NCBI GenBank assembly: GCA_964187785.1
Contig: OZ076412.1
Location: forward strand, 15,128,001-15,192,000
Length of the DNA stretch: 64,000 bases
From: Amphiscolops sp. MND2022
Lineage: Eukaryota
Direction of reading: 5' to 3'
The notes under the pieces are model-generated. The model was not told where the DNA came from and made no database searches. It was given only the letters and a program-made list of their open reading frames with translations. Both the position numbers and the translations under genes were made by a program. Position 1 is the first letter of the stretch; the number at the start of each line of letters is the position of its first letter. Positions 1 through 14,038 of this stretch are shown piece by piece.

Positions 1-308
1 GTGATTCTTTGATTTGGATCTCCTGACAGCCTGTTAAACTCACTGCCTGAATCAGTTTCTCTTGAACTTTGTCCATTCTGGGCGTGAATCCCAATTTCTG
101 TTTCATGAGAATTAGGGTAAGAATTGCTATTTTGGTTCAGCAACGTGTCATAGCTGGGACTTTCGGGCCTTCTGCCATAATTACTAATTTCACTCTCGTC
201 CCTTTTTGATTGATTTCCGCCTAACGTTACATAGAGATTTCAAACGTCAGACAACATATCTAAATCCTTAGACTTTCTTGCTTTGTGGTGCTTCCTTGTA
301 GTAGGCAT
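1..308 (-). pseudogene. Fragment of a repeat-borne ORF (probable retroelement gag/ORF1-like), runs off the window start
   Basis: Minus strand from ATG 308 reads MPTTRKHHKARKSKDLDMLSDV*NLYVTLGG...SEFNRLSGDPNQRI with a single in-frame stop. It is homologous to the + strand fragment at 7146. The gag-like identity is inference. Confidence 0.5.
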
Positions 309-1799
309 CAAGAAACCCGATAGTAACAATTGATTTTTTTATCGGAAAAGGATATTTTATTCAACGTTTTGATCACTCTCAAGCTTGTGCGAGTCGAAGG
401 TATGTATACTCCTTGAGGCATGACACTCACAATTTTCACATATCATGAGATCAACATTTTAACAAACATCAAATTCCAATATCACAAGGTTAGTGTATAT
501 CAAAGGAGTGAAGGAATTTGAACGGTTATGTGTACACACAACTCAATTGTTTACGTAACAATATCAAATAACATCAACACATCAAAGCTCTACCGCACCT
601 TAAACATCCTAAGAATGCACTCCTCAGCAGGCACGTGCCAACACGCGTGCTCAGAGGTTCAAATAAATAATCATGATTTTACAGTATTATGTAGTTTAAT
701 ATCACATGAAACTAGCCTAATCCGGCCATTTGATACATGAATAGCCTGTAATACTCATCCAACGAAGACATACAAACTGATCTATCAAAACTAAGCATCG
801 ATGAATAGCAACTAATCTTCGCAAATGTAATGGTTGATCATGAAATGTACTAAAATCATTAGTACTAGCTAATTGCAGGGGTGATTAGTGTTACTGAAGC
901 ATAATACAAGAAATAGCATAGCCGAACCGGCCATTTGACTAGTGTTCTTTTTATGTATTGCACGGCAGCGTCAAAAGGCTTTACTCGGCCGTTAATATCA
1001 AAGTATACAAATAACATAGCAAATGGTGAAATAACATTGGCTCAAACGACGTGCGCAAGTAACGTCGCCGGAATAACACTTTGTCTCATTTGAACTCGTT
1101 TCCTTCACTGTTGATCAGTTGTGTTCAGTATCTTGAACCTTTTTCATTTGAACATTAACAGACTAATAACAAAACATTCTAGAACATGTTGATATTACAA
1201 AAGAGTATATTAGGATATAAAAATAGTTTAGGTCCCAGTTTAGCTAAATGTTTGTCAGTTTCTAACAATAAAAAGTCGGCGGCGTGCCGGGAGCAATTTC
1301 TTGCCCTTCAGCTGCAGTTGTTATTGTCGTACCATCACAGGCGGCAGCCTCCGGCATGTACCAAACGTTGTTTGACAATGAAAAACGTTACAACATTGAC
1401 TCATTTAAAAAACACTTGAACCACATTTCGGAAGAAACCTGAATTTCACGAAAGATTTTTCTCATTCGCAAGCAAAATAATAAACAACAAAGTTCATTTC
1501 AGCAGCATGCTGACGGTCAGTTTTTGCTACAATGCACATTTTTCACACATATACGAAGCATTTTCATGAATAACCAAACATTTCTCAAGTCTTTTCACGG
1601 CTGAATAAAGAGTTCTTATCAAAACCGTGACCATTGATCATTATTCATCACTCGAATGCAATGAAAAACACAATGAATCATTATCCAAGGTTCGAATGTA
1701 CTTGGAAAACATCCATCCATGATGATTATGCATGAAATCGAGAGTAATGTCGAAAGAAGCGATGAGAATGGATGAAATTCTGAGTTAAATCGTTTTCTA

Positions 1800-4700
1800 T
1801 TGGCTACCGTGAGGTAAGCAAAGCTAGAGATCAGTTGCTTCGCTGCAACTCAATTGTTTTTACAAAACTTGTGATCTGTTCAAAGCTGCAATATGGCTAA
1901 ATCTACAGATGAAATATGTCTTGTGCTGAAAGAAACAGGAAATATTGAAAACATTCTTAATCCCAGTATGGAAAGTCTTAAAGTTAGAGATGCGGCGACT
2001 ATCGAACTTGAAAACGAAGTTACTTATCTCACAAAACAAGTAAGCGAGATTGAGCAGTTCTCGAGTACGTTTTGTGTTATTGTTCGCAACTTACCATTAC
2101 TCTCTGGACGTTCAATTTTGGAGGATGTAGTTACATTTATCAACAAGCAACTTGGAGTACAGATGGGACCTAAAGATTTGTTGGCATGCCATGCGCTGTC
2201 TCTTGTGAACCCAGCCCAACCACCTGCTGTAACAATATTTCCTAAGTTCATTTACTCTAGTTTGAAATACCGCGAATGAGGGCGAAAATCGTCCTAATGG
2301 TTTTTTAAATCACTTGAACAGTTACGTGTTTTATTTACCGGAAAGACTAACAGAAAGAGATCAAAAACTTATGCATGAGGCAAAAAAATATGGGTATACA
2401 TGTAACAACAAATAATTGCACGCCTCAATGTTGGAATTATTGTGGTAATAGCTGATTCTTGAAACATACGCTGATTGACCACAAGTTGCGGAACATTAGA
2501 AAAAAAAACAGGTAATGAAACATCTCCACCAACAGACTATGGAAAAGACAGTACCACCAGCTAACAGAAGCGGACGAAGACCATTCCAAGAGGATTCTCC
2601 AGTTATTAATGATAAGTTGATGAAGTCCCTCTATGATGAAGTGAAAGATGTGTGCGGAGACAAAGGAGGTATACCCGACCTACTGGAGTCTCTTTTCAAC
2701 CAAAAAAAATTGAAAGTCTGGTAAATCAATTCAAACGGACCTTTTGAAGATCAAACGGATTAACTTGTACCTATCTAGTTTTCACGATTTCGGTGAAGCG
2801 ATCTGTTTCATCTACCTTGTTTCATGCATAAAGATATTGTTCGAGTTGGAAGTCGTTGGAAAGAGGTGAATGTACTTGTATTAAACATTAGATCTTTAGT
2901 GTTTCATCATGACTAATTAAAACGACTTCTCGAGAAGTTTGAACCCAAACCTGATATTGGTTAACTGAAAACAATCCTCTTGATAGATTCAATTTAGATG
3001 AATACCAGCAAGTTCAATCGACGCCTCGGGGTGCTTCAAGTGGAGATCTGAAGGGGTGGTTTTCTTCGAGGAAGAAGGTTTTAAGTACCGAGGCATTGAC
3101 TTCCAAACCTGAATAGAAGGTTCATTTAAACAATGAGTTTCTACAAGTAAGTAAATGATGTGAAAAACTGTTGCTCAGACATGAACTTGGAACATTCCGT
3201 TAATCAGAGTTTTTTTCCATATCTAGAGGTTCTACGGCATTTTCTGAAGACTTTGAAAGGCGAGGTAAGAGTTTTGGAAACTTCAATATTGACACACTGG
3301 ATGAATACAAAGCTGAAAGAGACTACACGAACTTACTGGGGCCTTATGAATTTCAAGTACAAAAACTAGATGCAACCAGAGTTACGCCGAATATAAGCCT
3401 GTCTTGATCGTAAAATCACAGAACGAACGGTAATTACGGGAGCAAAAGAGTTTTTCTCCAGATCTTTCTCCAGATCTAGAGGTTCTACGGCATTTCCAGA
3501 AGACTTTGAAAGGCGAGGTAAGAGTTTTGGAGTTTTCAATATTGACACACAGGATGAATACAAAGATAATACAGACTACACAAACTTACTGGGGCCTTAT
3601 GACTTTCAAGTACAAAAACTGATTACAACCAGAATTACGCCGAAGTAAACCTGTCTTGATCAAAAAATCACAGAAAGAACGGTAATTTCGGGAACAACAC
3701 AACTACGGATAAAAACCACTTCACAGTCACTGCAAAAATACCAGGCTTTTGGATGAAAACGAGACTAGATAATCCCGCTTGCTAAATTTGAACACGCTAA
3801 AAGGAGACAATGCGCTCAATTTCATATTCCTGCTGGATCGAAAGCCTAAAAAACTGAACCTTCCTTCAGACATTAATGCACAAATGAAAGGAATATCGGA
3901 ATCTAAGATAGCATGTGTCGATCGATTTGCAACCGGGAAGCCAAGTATAGGTCGAAATAAATATGACGGTTGGATCACCAATAACATCAAAAATTCCATG
4001 CGAGAACGTGATCAGGTATTCCAGTTAGGGATTAGAAAACATTCAGACTCAAACAAACCGTAAAACCACAAAAAAATCCGCATCTAGTCACGGGATTGAT
4101 TCAGTCAGAGAAAAGAACTTGGAACATATCCGACTGCTAAGACAATCTAAAAAACTTTGAAATCAATATAAAACAACAACAATATGGAACGAATTTACCG
4201 GACTTGAACGTTTTAAAAAACCAATTCATATCTATTGGACCGAAGCTGTCATGCATGTTCACAAAAACGACAGAGGAAGGTTTTACAGCCGGTTTGGATA
4301 AAACAACCTTATTCCGTCCTAACAACGCAAAAGAGATTTGTGAGATACGTCGAGGCCTGAAAAACAAAAAAGCAGTCGTCATGTCGGAACAAAAAAAGAA
4401 AATTTGGAAAGCTCCCTTACACTAAAACCTTCCCTTGTTGACATTTTTAAACAAGGTATAACTAAGTGCATTTGCACAGAGAGTTTCGAAATAGCGAGAG
4501 TAATACCCTTATATAGGAAAGGAAGAAGATGAAACCGCTCGCCATAACTACAGACTAATTAGCCTGTTGAATTCATTGAGCAAAATTTCCAAAAACAATC
4601 TTCATGAAAGTTGAATTTCTGTCAAACTAACAACTTTCTCAGTCCAATAAAACCCATTTTAGAGACAAAATGTCTTGCAGTGATGGAATCGGTGCAATGA

Positions 4701-6020
4701 CGGATTTCAATAAAGATGTGATTGATACAAATTAACTGGGCAAGCCTGCTCCATTTATCTTCAGGAGGCCTTCGATACAAAAGATCATAAATTAATGTTA
4801 AAAATGGAGAAACTTTATTTGGGCTGAAATATCAACACTCTGATTAGCAATGATACAACCGATAGATGGCAACACGTTAGTAATAACAGACTAAACATAT
4901 TGAAAAAAAAACGTTTCCACTGGAACTCCACGTGGACCAGTTTCCGGTATTTTTGTTCCTGCGTTATATCAATGATCTTCCAAGTGTCAGCGAATCAAGT
5001 CAGATAGTGATCTTTTCCGATGATCCAACTATTATAAATCCTAGAACACTTACTGATGCTGTAAAAATTGGCATAGTTACTCTATCTAAAAATTTCGAAT
5101 CTAGCAAGTTGACTTGCAATACTGATAATTGCAGGGCAATGTTGTTTTGGATGCGGGAAACCAAATAAAGTGAGAATCTTGTCGAAAGAGCATGAATCCA
5201 AAGAATCTTTTAGGTTTTCAGCTGTTCACAGAGATGAAAATTTGAGATTCAGAGTACATATTCATCATGTGGTTAAAAAAGTGAACAAATTTTGTTGTTC
5301 GATATATAGCCTTAGACACTTGTATCCAAGAAAAAAAGTTTTCATCATTTACAAATCGTTTGCAAAATCAATCATAACATATGAATTACTGTGATACGGT
5401 ACATATAAAACAAATACTAAAACGGTACATATAAAACGAAACTGAATTAGAAGCTGTGCAAAAAAACTTTTTGGGCAATTTTCTTCGAAAAAGTTCGAAT
5501 CCTTGGAAAGTGTGTTTGCTGATAACAAAATTTTGACTATTTTCGAACTTTTCATGATAAGAATACTTGAAGAACTTTTGAAGTGTGAATCATGACAACA
5601 CTAATCCCGTTTTTCAAACAAGGTGACGTGAAAAAACCTGTTTTCCACTGCTTATAGTAGAACTGTTGTCGATAATAGCACGTTCTTGACCAATTGTCTT
5701 GGAAATGCATATAATTGGTTAACAAGCTTGGATCTAGTTTCTCTTAACTCTGGAAGATGTCTCCTCGACAAATAAAAACAACTTATAACAAAAATCACAT
5801 CACTCTACAACATTGGCAAGAAACAACTCTTTGAAATGTTTTACAACTGATAGATATAAAGCTTTAGGTGTCGTTTTCTTCTTTTGATTTTAACTCATTG
5901 TTTTCAACTTTGCTTTAGAGGGCGTAGACTGGAAGAGCAACTCAGCTCTTTTTACGTCCTATTTGAGTACTTTTAAATACATCTTATATTTTTACAGCAA
6001 CTCAATAAAATTATATTCTT
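1800..6020 (+). mobile_element. Decayed CR1/L2-group non-LTR retrotransposon (ORF1 + APE-RT ORF2)
   Basis: ORF1 remnant 1893-2400 (coiled coil, EQFSSTFCVIVRNLP, YLPERLTERDQKL). APE remnants: LNIRSL ~2880, G-N-FNID ~3275, RVTP..TCLD ~3380 and ~3640. RT remnants: NYRLISLL ~4548, AFDT.DH ~4770, FLRYINDLP and FSDD 4950-5020. Many stops and frameshifts; AATAAA at ~6004. Boundaries approximate. Confidence 0.85.
3207..3700 (+). repeat. ~250-bp diverged tandem duplication inside the LINE endonuclease region
   Basis: ATCTAGAGGTTCTACGGCATTT...AAAATCACAGAA occurs at ~3221-3422 and again at ~3474-3675 with scattered substitutions. Confidence 0.9.
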
Positions 6021-7145
6021 CTCCTTGAGTTTTACTTTTTTGTCCAATCTAGAGAGCCAAAGAGCTTTGAGGGGAGAAAAGAGCTTTGAGGGGAGCTTTG
6101 TGATGAGATGCACGCAACAACAAGAATTTTTTGCTAGTTGGATGCTTGGGATTGCTCTCCCCAACTGAATATTCTACACCGGGACCTCATTGCCCATCCT
6201 TTATATTAAGTCGTTGTCACAGGCTCCCGCCTGTGACGGTTACTATCAAGTCCTATTGGAAGTGGAGTATGCCAACCCCCCTCCAGGGGTTCTCCCAATT
6301 TAAAACCGCTAGGACACTCAGTCGGACCAGCAACAACAAACTTTAATTTAATCAACATTAAATATGTTTTATTATAATATGCAAATTTGTGTCTGCTATA
6401 TTAGAAAGCTGCTATTATTTTGTTATTCGTTACAATTGCTGTTTGAAAGATTGTTGTAAATCAATACGTAGACAATGAGAGTGCAATAATCACAGTAGAG
6501 GAAATAAGTTCAAATGAACTCCTCTCGCTAAATCTACTCGCTGTATCAATTTTATTAACCAATCAGAGTGTTGTACTCATTTGGACTTACAGTAGCTGTG
6601 TGGACTGAAAGTCTGCCACGAAGAAATTAGTACGCTAATACCATTAGTGCTATATTCAGGTATCTTAGTGTAGCCACGTGGACCGATGGTTCGCTACGAT
6701 TAAAATACAGCAAATTGCATGTATTCCCTCATGTAGACAACATGAAATGTTTAGTTCAGTTTTATGTGTATAAAAGGAACTCTCAAACACGAATAATCAA
6801 CCTTCGAACGCTTAACGCCAGAATTTTGCTTTGATGTATTCACAAAATGACGTCACTATGATGCAATCCAGGAAAGGTGCTTTTTTTAGTATTTTCATGT
6901 CTAAAATTGGCAACATGACGCGCAAAATTAGGGTTGTCACTCCCTGACTACTAAAAATACGAGGACTGACAGACCTAAAAAACACACTTGATGCTAATCT
7001 GATACATGCTAGGTGCTATTAACCTGACCAAACGTTCATTGTGATTGTTTACCTCCAAAAATGTGTTGTACCAGTCTCGAATACTTTCAAATCAGCTACT
7101 CAAGATATTGATACAATTCATTGTTAAAACGTTGAAATTTCTTTA

Positions 7146-7730
7146 TTGCCTTCAACTGGAAAGCAGAAAGCAAAAGACCTTTCGTTCTAGGCTGATGTAG
7201 AGAACGTTGGCATTATGTTAGGAAGTTACTCAAGGGACGAGGACAGAAATAATCAACGTGAAGATGAGTTAACATTAGACTCAGGGTCGACCAGGCCTCA
7301 CCAAAGTTCAAATATTGTAGGAGAGGATTTAAGATCCCTCCTTAATACCAATAGTAAAGAAAATACCGAAATGACAATAGAGACAACTAGGATGATTAGT
7401 GAGTAAATTTCTAACCAGATGTCAAGGAAATTGAATGATGTCAAATCCAGCCCTAATTGTTCAAATTCAAGATGCAATATCAACAGCAATTGCTGAGAAA
7501 GTACTTCCATCGATTCAAAATACTATTAGTATGCAGGGGAGAAGCACTTTCACCGTGGAAGACCAAAAGTCCAGTGGGCTACAAAGGAGCCCCGGAGCCG
7601 TAAATCCCCAGAAAACATGGGAAAACATCTCAAAGATATCCCACTGGGTTTTACACGTGACAATCAGAGAAAGATTTCTAGAAAGAGTTCAGTGGACTCT
7701 TATACAAGCGAACAAAATCGCGACAGTCGT
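7146..7730 (+). pseudogene. Second copy of the repeat-borne gag/ORF1-like ORF family, disrupted and 3'-truncated
   Basis: LPSTGKQKAKDLSF*ADVENVGIMLG...TIETTRMISE*ISNQMSRKLNDVKSS / VQIQDAISTAIAEKVLPSIQ. The N-terminus aligns with the 1-308 fragment (P[TS]T.K..KA...DV.N...LG). Confidence 0.5.
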
Positions 7731-9211
7731 CTATGTCAAGGTTAATAATTTTTGTTATTTTACTCCCATATTTCATGAAGGGAAGGAAAATATTTAAATT
7801 AAACGCGTTTTCTTCACAAAACTTGCCAAGCAGCTAATTTCTATTTAACTTTAAAGGTGTTACACATAGAACGCAACTCACATAATTTTAGCTTCGTTGA
7901 TATGTATTTGTGGAGATTTCTGGACTTCTTTAGTTGACCCCATGGACCCCGAAATGACCCGAAAAAACTAGTGCAAAAATTTCTGAATTTTTACGTTTTT
8001 ATGCATTTTTTGTCATTTTTTCGATAGATATCGTGAATCAGGACGCTGAAAATGCTCAACATGGCACTAATTCGCTGTCCAGAAGGCTTTTCCAAAAATA
8101 TCATTTGCTGTTTTATAAGTGAAAAGATCTCAAATTGGCACCGAAGATGGAAAAAAACAATAAGTTCCCAATTTTAATGTTTTTTTTGCAATTGTTGTCA
8201 AACTTTCGACAGACTCCGTAGATTAGAATGTTGAAAACGTTCATCAAGGTAAAAATTCGTTGTCCAGTATTCTCAAATTGACAGCGAAAAGACAAAAAAC
8301 CGAAAGATTTCCAATTTTAAAAGTTTTTATGCATTTTTTGGTAAAATTTTTTTTACACTTCGTGAATTGAACTCTTTGAAAGTGTCAACAAGGAAAAAAT
8401 TGATTGTTCAGTGGTCTTTCATGATTTCATGAAGGGAAAATTGCAGTTTTGTGATTGAAAAATGCCTCAAATTGACATCGGAAATGACAAAGTCTCAAAC
8501 TTTTCCAATTTTCAAAGATTTCATTCATTTTCCCCCTAATTTTGACAGACGTCGTGGATTGGAACGTTGAAAGGGTTAAAGGAAAGAATATGTTGTCCAG
8601 TATGCTTAAAGACAAAATAAATGCAATTTTTTGAAAGAAAAACGTCTGGAGGTGACATGCAAAGACAAAAATTCGCAATTTTTTCAGATTTTCACCATTT
8701 TTGTTCAATTGTTGTCAAACTATTGATAGACTTTGTGGACTAGAATTTTTAAAGCCCCTAAACAATAGGACAACTTGTTGTTTCGATGAACTTTCGTCAA
8801 AAGAAAAGTTCAATTTGTGAAAGAAAATTCCTCAAGTTGACCCTGAAAATGTCGAAAAAAGTTTTTGTCGTTTTTGATGCAATTTCTATACAATTTTCGA
8901 AAGATTTCGTTATAATTTCCAACAAAATCAACAACAAAAAAAAACGAGATATGCACTTAGGTTTGTTGAAACGAAAGTTGCAGCGTTTTGCTGCAAAAAC
9001 ACTTCAGAATGACTCCAAATGAATCGAAAAGTTCGTTTTTGTGAAACTTTCAAAAAGTTTTTGTACAAACGTTCACCAAAGATTGAACTCATCAGCCATT
9101 AGGCTTTTAAAGAAAAATTAGCAGACTTTAATTGGAAAATGTCTGAAAATTGACCGCCAAAATCGAAAATGTCTAAAATTTTTTCCACTTCTGACATTTT
9201 CAGTGAAGTTT

Positions 9212-12200
9212 TTTATGAGATTGGTAAATTTCAGTAAAATGAAAGCTTTGAAAAGCTCCAGATGATAATACTAAGCCCATAGCACGTTTTTCAAAACGAA
9301 ATTAGCATATTTTAGGAAAGAACGTTTCCTCAGAATGACCCAAAGAGTGAAAAAAAACAGTTGTCAGGTTTTTACCTTTTTGGCAGTTTTTTTTACAATT
9401 TTTGAGCTATTTCTGTGCACAAAAAGATTTGAAATACTCAATAATGACTAATGCTGGAATCCATTAGACAATTTGAAGACATAACTTTCGTTGGAATTTG
9501 CATCAAAAAAACCCCAAAATTCATGGAACAACATTTTTTTGACAAACGTTTTTTGACAATTTAACCATATTTTTCTACAAACTACGAAAGATTTTGACGA
9601 ATAGAAGTTCCATAGACATGAGCGTTGAAACAATTGGGTATTCAAAACGCGATTTGGAAAAAATGGAATGAATCCCATCAAGTTTCAACAAGGGTGTCAA
9701 TCTCCGAATTCTCCCAATTTTCGAAAACGTAGTCGCAATTTTGGACATATCCCGAAAATCTATTTCAGTCAGAAATAGCATTCGCAGGATTGAAACAGGT
9801 AGCTACCGGTGGTGTTTCAAAAAGTATCCGACAAGTTTATGCGCACAACTTTCAAAAACTTTCCTTGAAAACGCAAATTTCGACCATATTTGTTTAAAAT
9901 TCAATATCAATAAGCTCCAAGCGAAGTCTCTAGATATGTAGTACACCTTCCAAAGGATATTGTTTTGAACTGCTTGCTGGGTTGGATGATGTGACTATTC
10001 AACGACAACTAAACTCGGTATCCAGTAGGCTTAATTTTGAAGAGACATCTCTAGAGTCATGTCATCTTCTGGTTAAACTATGTGCAATAATATAAACTGG
10101 GACCGTTCAAGTTTCTTAAACATGCAAAGGACCTAGTTTTAGGCTTCTCCTATTCTCTCAGTGGCAAAAAGTACCCCAAGAATCACGCCTCAGACTCGAA
10201 AACCATTCTTCCCTAACAGGATTTGCAAAAAAACAATTGTTCGGTAAAGTCCTGTGATGGCGAAACAAGTGTCAGCTCGCAAAACTACTTTTCTCAAGTC
10301 GAAGTCAGCCGAAAAAGCAAGGGGGTATTCTTCCACCAAATGAATGTTTCGAAAAGATGCACAGAGCCGGAAAAACTGAAATGAGGTGTTTTCGACAATT
10401 TATAAGGAACCTCATCAGTTCCACATGATCAAAAGTAAAAAAAAAAAGAGGTCAACCTCGAGCCTCGGGAAACTTTTCCTTTACAGAAAACCTCAAAAAC
10501 TAAAAATTACAAAAAGTTTTCTTCAAAAATGTTTTCAAAAAACTTTTCCAAAAATTTCTCTTTAATCGGTTAATCAAATAATGCCGAAAAAAAACGAAAA
10601 GTGGCCAGCTATCTCCTATTAAATTAGGTGTTTCCTTTAAAAATGGGTCAAAATGAATCAAAGCTCCTCTTTTATTGGAACTTCTTTGCGTTTTTATAGT
10701 GCATTGGCTATTCTTGAACCTCAAGTTTATGTAGTTGTAGAACAGTTTGGGGCGGAAAATATCTCGCTGCTCAGCGGGCGTCTTGTTACTAGAAACGACC
10801 AATTACAATCATTTTTGAAAAACAGACAAACAAACGATAAGGTCACATGACTTTGTTTTTGGTTAGCCATACCACAAACCTTCCCGCTGGGGTCCATAGT
10901 TTTCAAACTGAGCTTTACTCTCATCCTTTATTTTTAAAATTTATGAAATATCATTGGGACGTCAACCACTGCTCATGGACCGCTTTTTTGAAGTTTTCAC
11001 ATTACTTTACAAGCAGAAAACGGGGGTTCGAAACAAACCACCGCCCATTTTCTCTCAAAATCAATTTAATAGCAAATTCTGATGTGACAAAAATATCAAA
11101 ATTTGATGTGACAAAAATTTGAATTATCGCCCAGCGCATGGGGGAACTTGTGGAGCATTTTAGGGTTAAATATATCCAAGTTTAACCTACTCTCATTCCT
11201 TTTGAGCCTGAGTAAGCTTTCTAGAGCCTGAATATCACTTATTTAGGAGCCTTGAATTGTTTGAAAAAAAAAGAAACCAGAGCCGCATATACGGTAAAGG
11301 AGTCGGCTTAAGTCTTTTTCCTTCTGACTCGCTTTCGTTCGAATCGTATGAACAGTTTGTGAGAAAATCGAAAAAATCGAAAAACGACGTTTTTTTGGCC
11401 ATTTTTGGGCTAAATTTGGCTATGTTTCTCACATCCCAGCCATACGAATTTAATGAAATTGCACATAAAGGACCATAATTTGATGTAGAATGACTAGAAA
11501 ATTTCGTTCGAATCGTATGGACAGTTTTTGAGAAAATCGAAAAAAGTCGAAAAATGGCTTTTTTTGGCCATTTTTGGGCTAATTTTGGCTATGTTTCTCA
11601 CATCCCAGCAATACGATTTTGATGTCATTGCACATATAGGACTCTAATATGGTGTACAACAACTGTAGAAAATTTCGTTCGAATCGTATGAACAGTTTAT
11701 GAGAAAATCGAAAAAAGTGGAAAAATGGCTGTTTTTTAGCCATTTTTGGGCTAATTTTGGCTATGTTTCTCACATCCCAGCCATATGATTTCGATGCCAT
11801 TGCACATATAGGACTCTAATATGGTGTAGAATAACTGTAGAAAATTTCGTTCGAATCGTATGGACAGTTTTTGAGAAAATCGAAAAAACTCGAAAAATGG
11901 CTGTTTTTCGGCCACTTTTGGGCTAATTTTGGCTATGTTTCTCACAACGCAGTCATACAATTTTGATGCCATTGCGCACGCAGGGGCCCCTTTGGGTGTA
12001 GAATGACTGTGCAAAATTTTATAAAAATCGTATGAACAGTTTTTGAGAAATTTGAAATTTTCATGAAAAGGTCGGGAGAAAAAAAACAACACGATTGCAT
12101 AAGTAGTCGAAAATTTTTTCCGACTCCTAAAAATTATCTTGATTATCTCCGATACAACAAACAGATGGAACAACAAAATGCTATTTCTCGTGGAATGATC

Positions 12201-14038
12201 TAAGATTAATAAAATTTCCAAAAAAATCTTTGCAACTTCTTGGTTTTTATATTTGATTCCGAACTCTTTCATCCAGATAAATAAAATTTTCCGAGAAAAT
12301 TTTCAGAATTTTCCGAGTCTTGAATTTGCTTTTTTTTCAGCGGGAAACTGGCTTTGAGATGCTCTGAACTTCTTGATTTCAATGCACAATGCTATTTCGA
12401 ATGAGCAGTTGAAGTTTCTTTGAGACCAACCTTGTGTGCATTTTCTCACAATCTGCATAGTTTTTGTTAATCTTTTGTCCTTGAAATCTTGCTGCAGTGT
12501 TTTTGAGGCTGTTTCTTGCAACCAATGGAGTATCTCTCTTTTTAGGGTTGCTTTAGCGCTTCAGCGAATATTTTCACGAAAGTGTTTCATCGAATTTAAT
12601 AACCAATATTATCCTTCCTCATTTTCTTTCCCCGTCGCCTCCGTTTTTAATTTTCGAATCACAATTTACGATTATGGACTTTTCAACAATTGTTTCCACT
12701 CATGAACTCATTGACAATTTCAAGTCAGTTTTTATCACATTAAGCAGAGTAAATTTAGTGGCTGAAAACGTTGAAAGGAAGAAAATATAATTGAAAACAA
12801 CGGAAGCTCCATTAAAATTAATGAACACAGGACTTTGTTGGAAATAAAATGCACTGAAGCACGAAAATGGCCTTGGATTGTTTCTCACTTTATCTTAATA
12901 AAGCCTGAAGTGTTATGATGTTGCAAAACGACGCTCTTCAAAAATAAGGTGAATGTAATCTTGTGTCAAATGAAAAACAAATATCGGTTTCTCAACAATC
13001 AAGGTCGAGGAATTTTTTTACAAAACTATACAACCATCTAGAGTTCTGAGAAAAATGAGAGAAAAATGAGAAATGAAAAGTCCAGTACATGTTGCTGGTT
13101 CAGCTTACAGCATTATTTGAAAATGAGTACAAAGAGGTGTAAAATTTTGTGCAATTAACCTGAGACAATTACAAACCAGTTTGGGATTGCGATATTTTTT
13201 GTATGTAGTTACCAAGGGACCTTGTCTGCTCTTTTCCGAGCTGAAAATAAAAACTCCGAATTTGTGATTTATTTTGACAATTTTTTTCGAGAAAAGTTGA
13301 AATTGCCAAAAACACCCATATGTTTGAACAAAAAAATTTTGAGCAGGGACCTTTTCTTTGTTGAAAATATCAAGAAAAGTTTTTTTTTCACCAGACCACA
13401 GAACTTCAGCTTTTTAAGGACTTTACGCCTGAAACCTAAAGATTAAAATCGCCTAAATCTAAATACGCCTAAAATCTAAAAAGTACTCGAATTTACCGAA
13501 ACATCCCCCTTGATTTTGTTGATTTCCAACCTGAACTTCCAACCTCACGTTTCTGAAATGGCGAATCAAGGGTGGACTGGAGAAACCGGCTCATTCTTCA
13601 ACTGAAAAAACCTTCAACTTTGAACGCTACACCTTTCTAATTATAAGTCGGACTTCCTTCTAGGGAAAAGCTTCGACTTGCTTCCATGTCAGCCTTTCAA
13701 ACTGTTCAAGACTTGAAGCCCGTAGCTCGAACAGTGTCAGGGTTGTTAGGCGGCGCTTCCTGTAAGAAAACGAAGACTACAGTGGTTATTTTTCAAGACC
13801 CCACGAACTGACAATTTTGTTTCTTTCCGACCCCATGTTCGGTCTACTTGGCATAAAGGTAGCAGAAGGCTGTTGCTTCGAATCCCGCGGAGTCCAAAAA
13901 GGCGTGTCGATTTTCTATTCACAAAACAAATTTCTTTACGAACATTATCTTTCTTGGTAACAAATGATCGTCAAACTTCATTGACCATTTTGAACCTTAA
14001 GCGGATCATAGATTTGGGTTTTTTAAAACCCTGCTTAC
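9212..14038 (+). repeat. Copy 1 of a ~4.83-kb tandem duplication (blocks A+B)
   Basis: 9212-11948 matches 14039-16780 (offset ~4830). 11949-14038 matches 18053-20163 (offset ~6100). Duplicated ORF pairs in the track (e.g. 9448/14277, 10653/15487, 12436/18555) confirm this. Confidence 0.95.
11276..12130 (-). mobile_element. HINE/DINE-1-like non-autonomous element, family 1, with internal ~172-bp tandem repeats
   Basis: Subterminal IRs AGGAGTCGG (11298-11306) and CCGACTCCT (12120-12128). The right subTIR is part of the hairpin AGTCGAAAATTTTTTCCGACT. A short stem-loop CCG-CATATA-CGG lies outside the left subTIR. About 4 internal units (TATGTTTCTCACA at 11421, 11590, 11762, 11934). The classification is inferred from architecture. 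Confidence 0.65.

Noticed and set aside
7852-9211. Kolobok-like element starting TTAAAGG
   Set aside because: No matching opposite terminus identified.
11298-12128. Family 1 as a simple TIR MITE with TAAA TSD
   Set aside because: Sequence outside the left TIR (ACCAGAG.CGCATAT.CGGTAAA) is conserved in the independent copy at 59805, so the IR is subterminal and TAAA is not a TSD.
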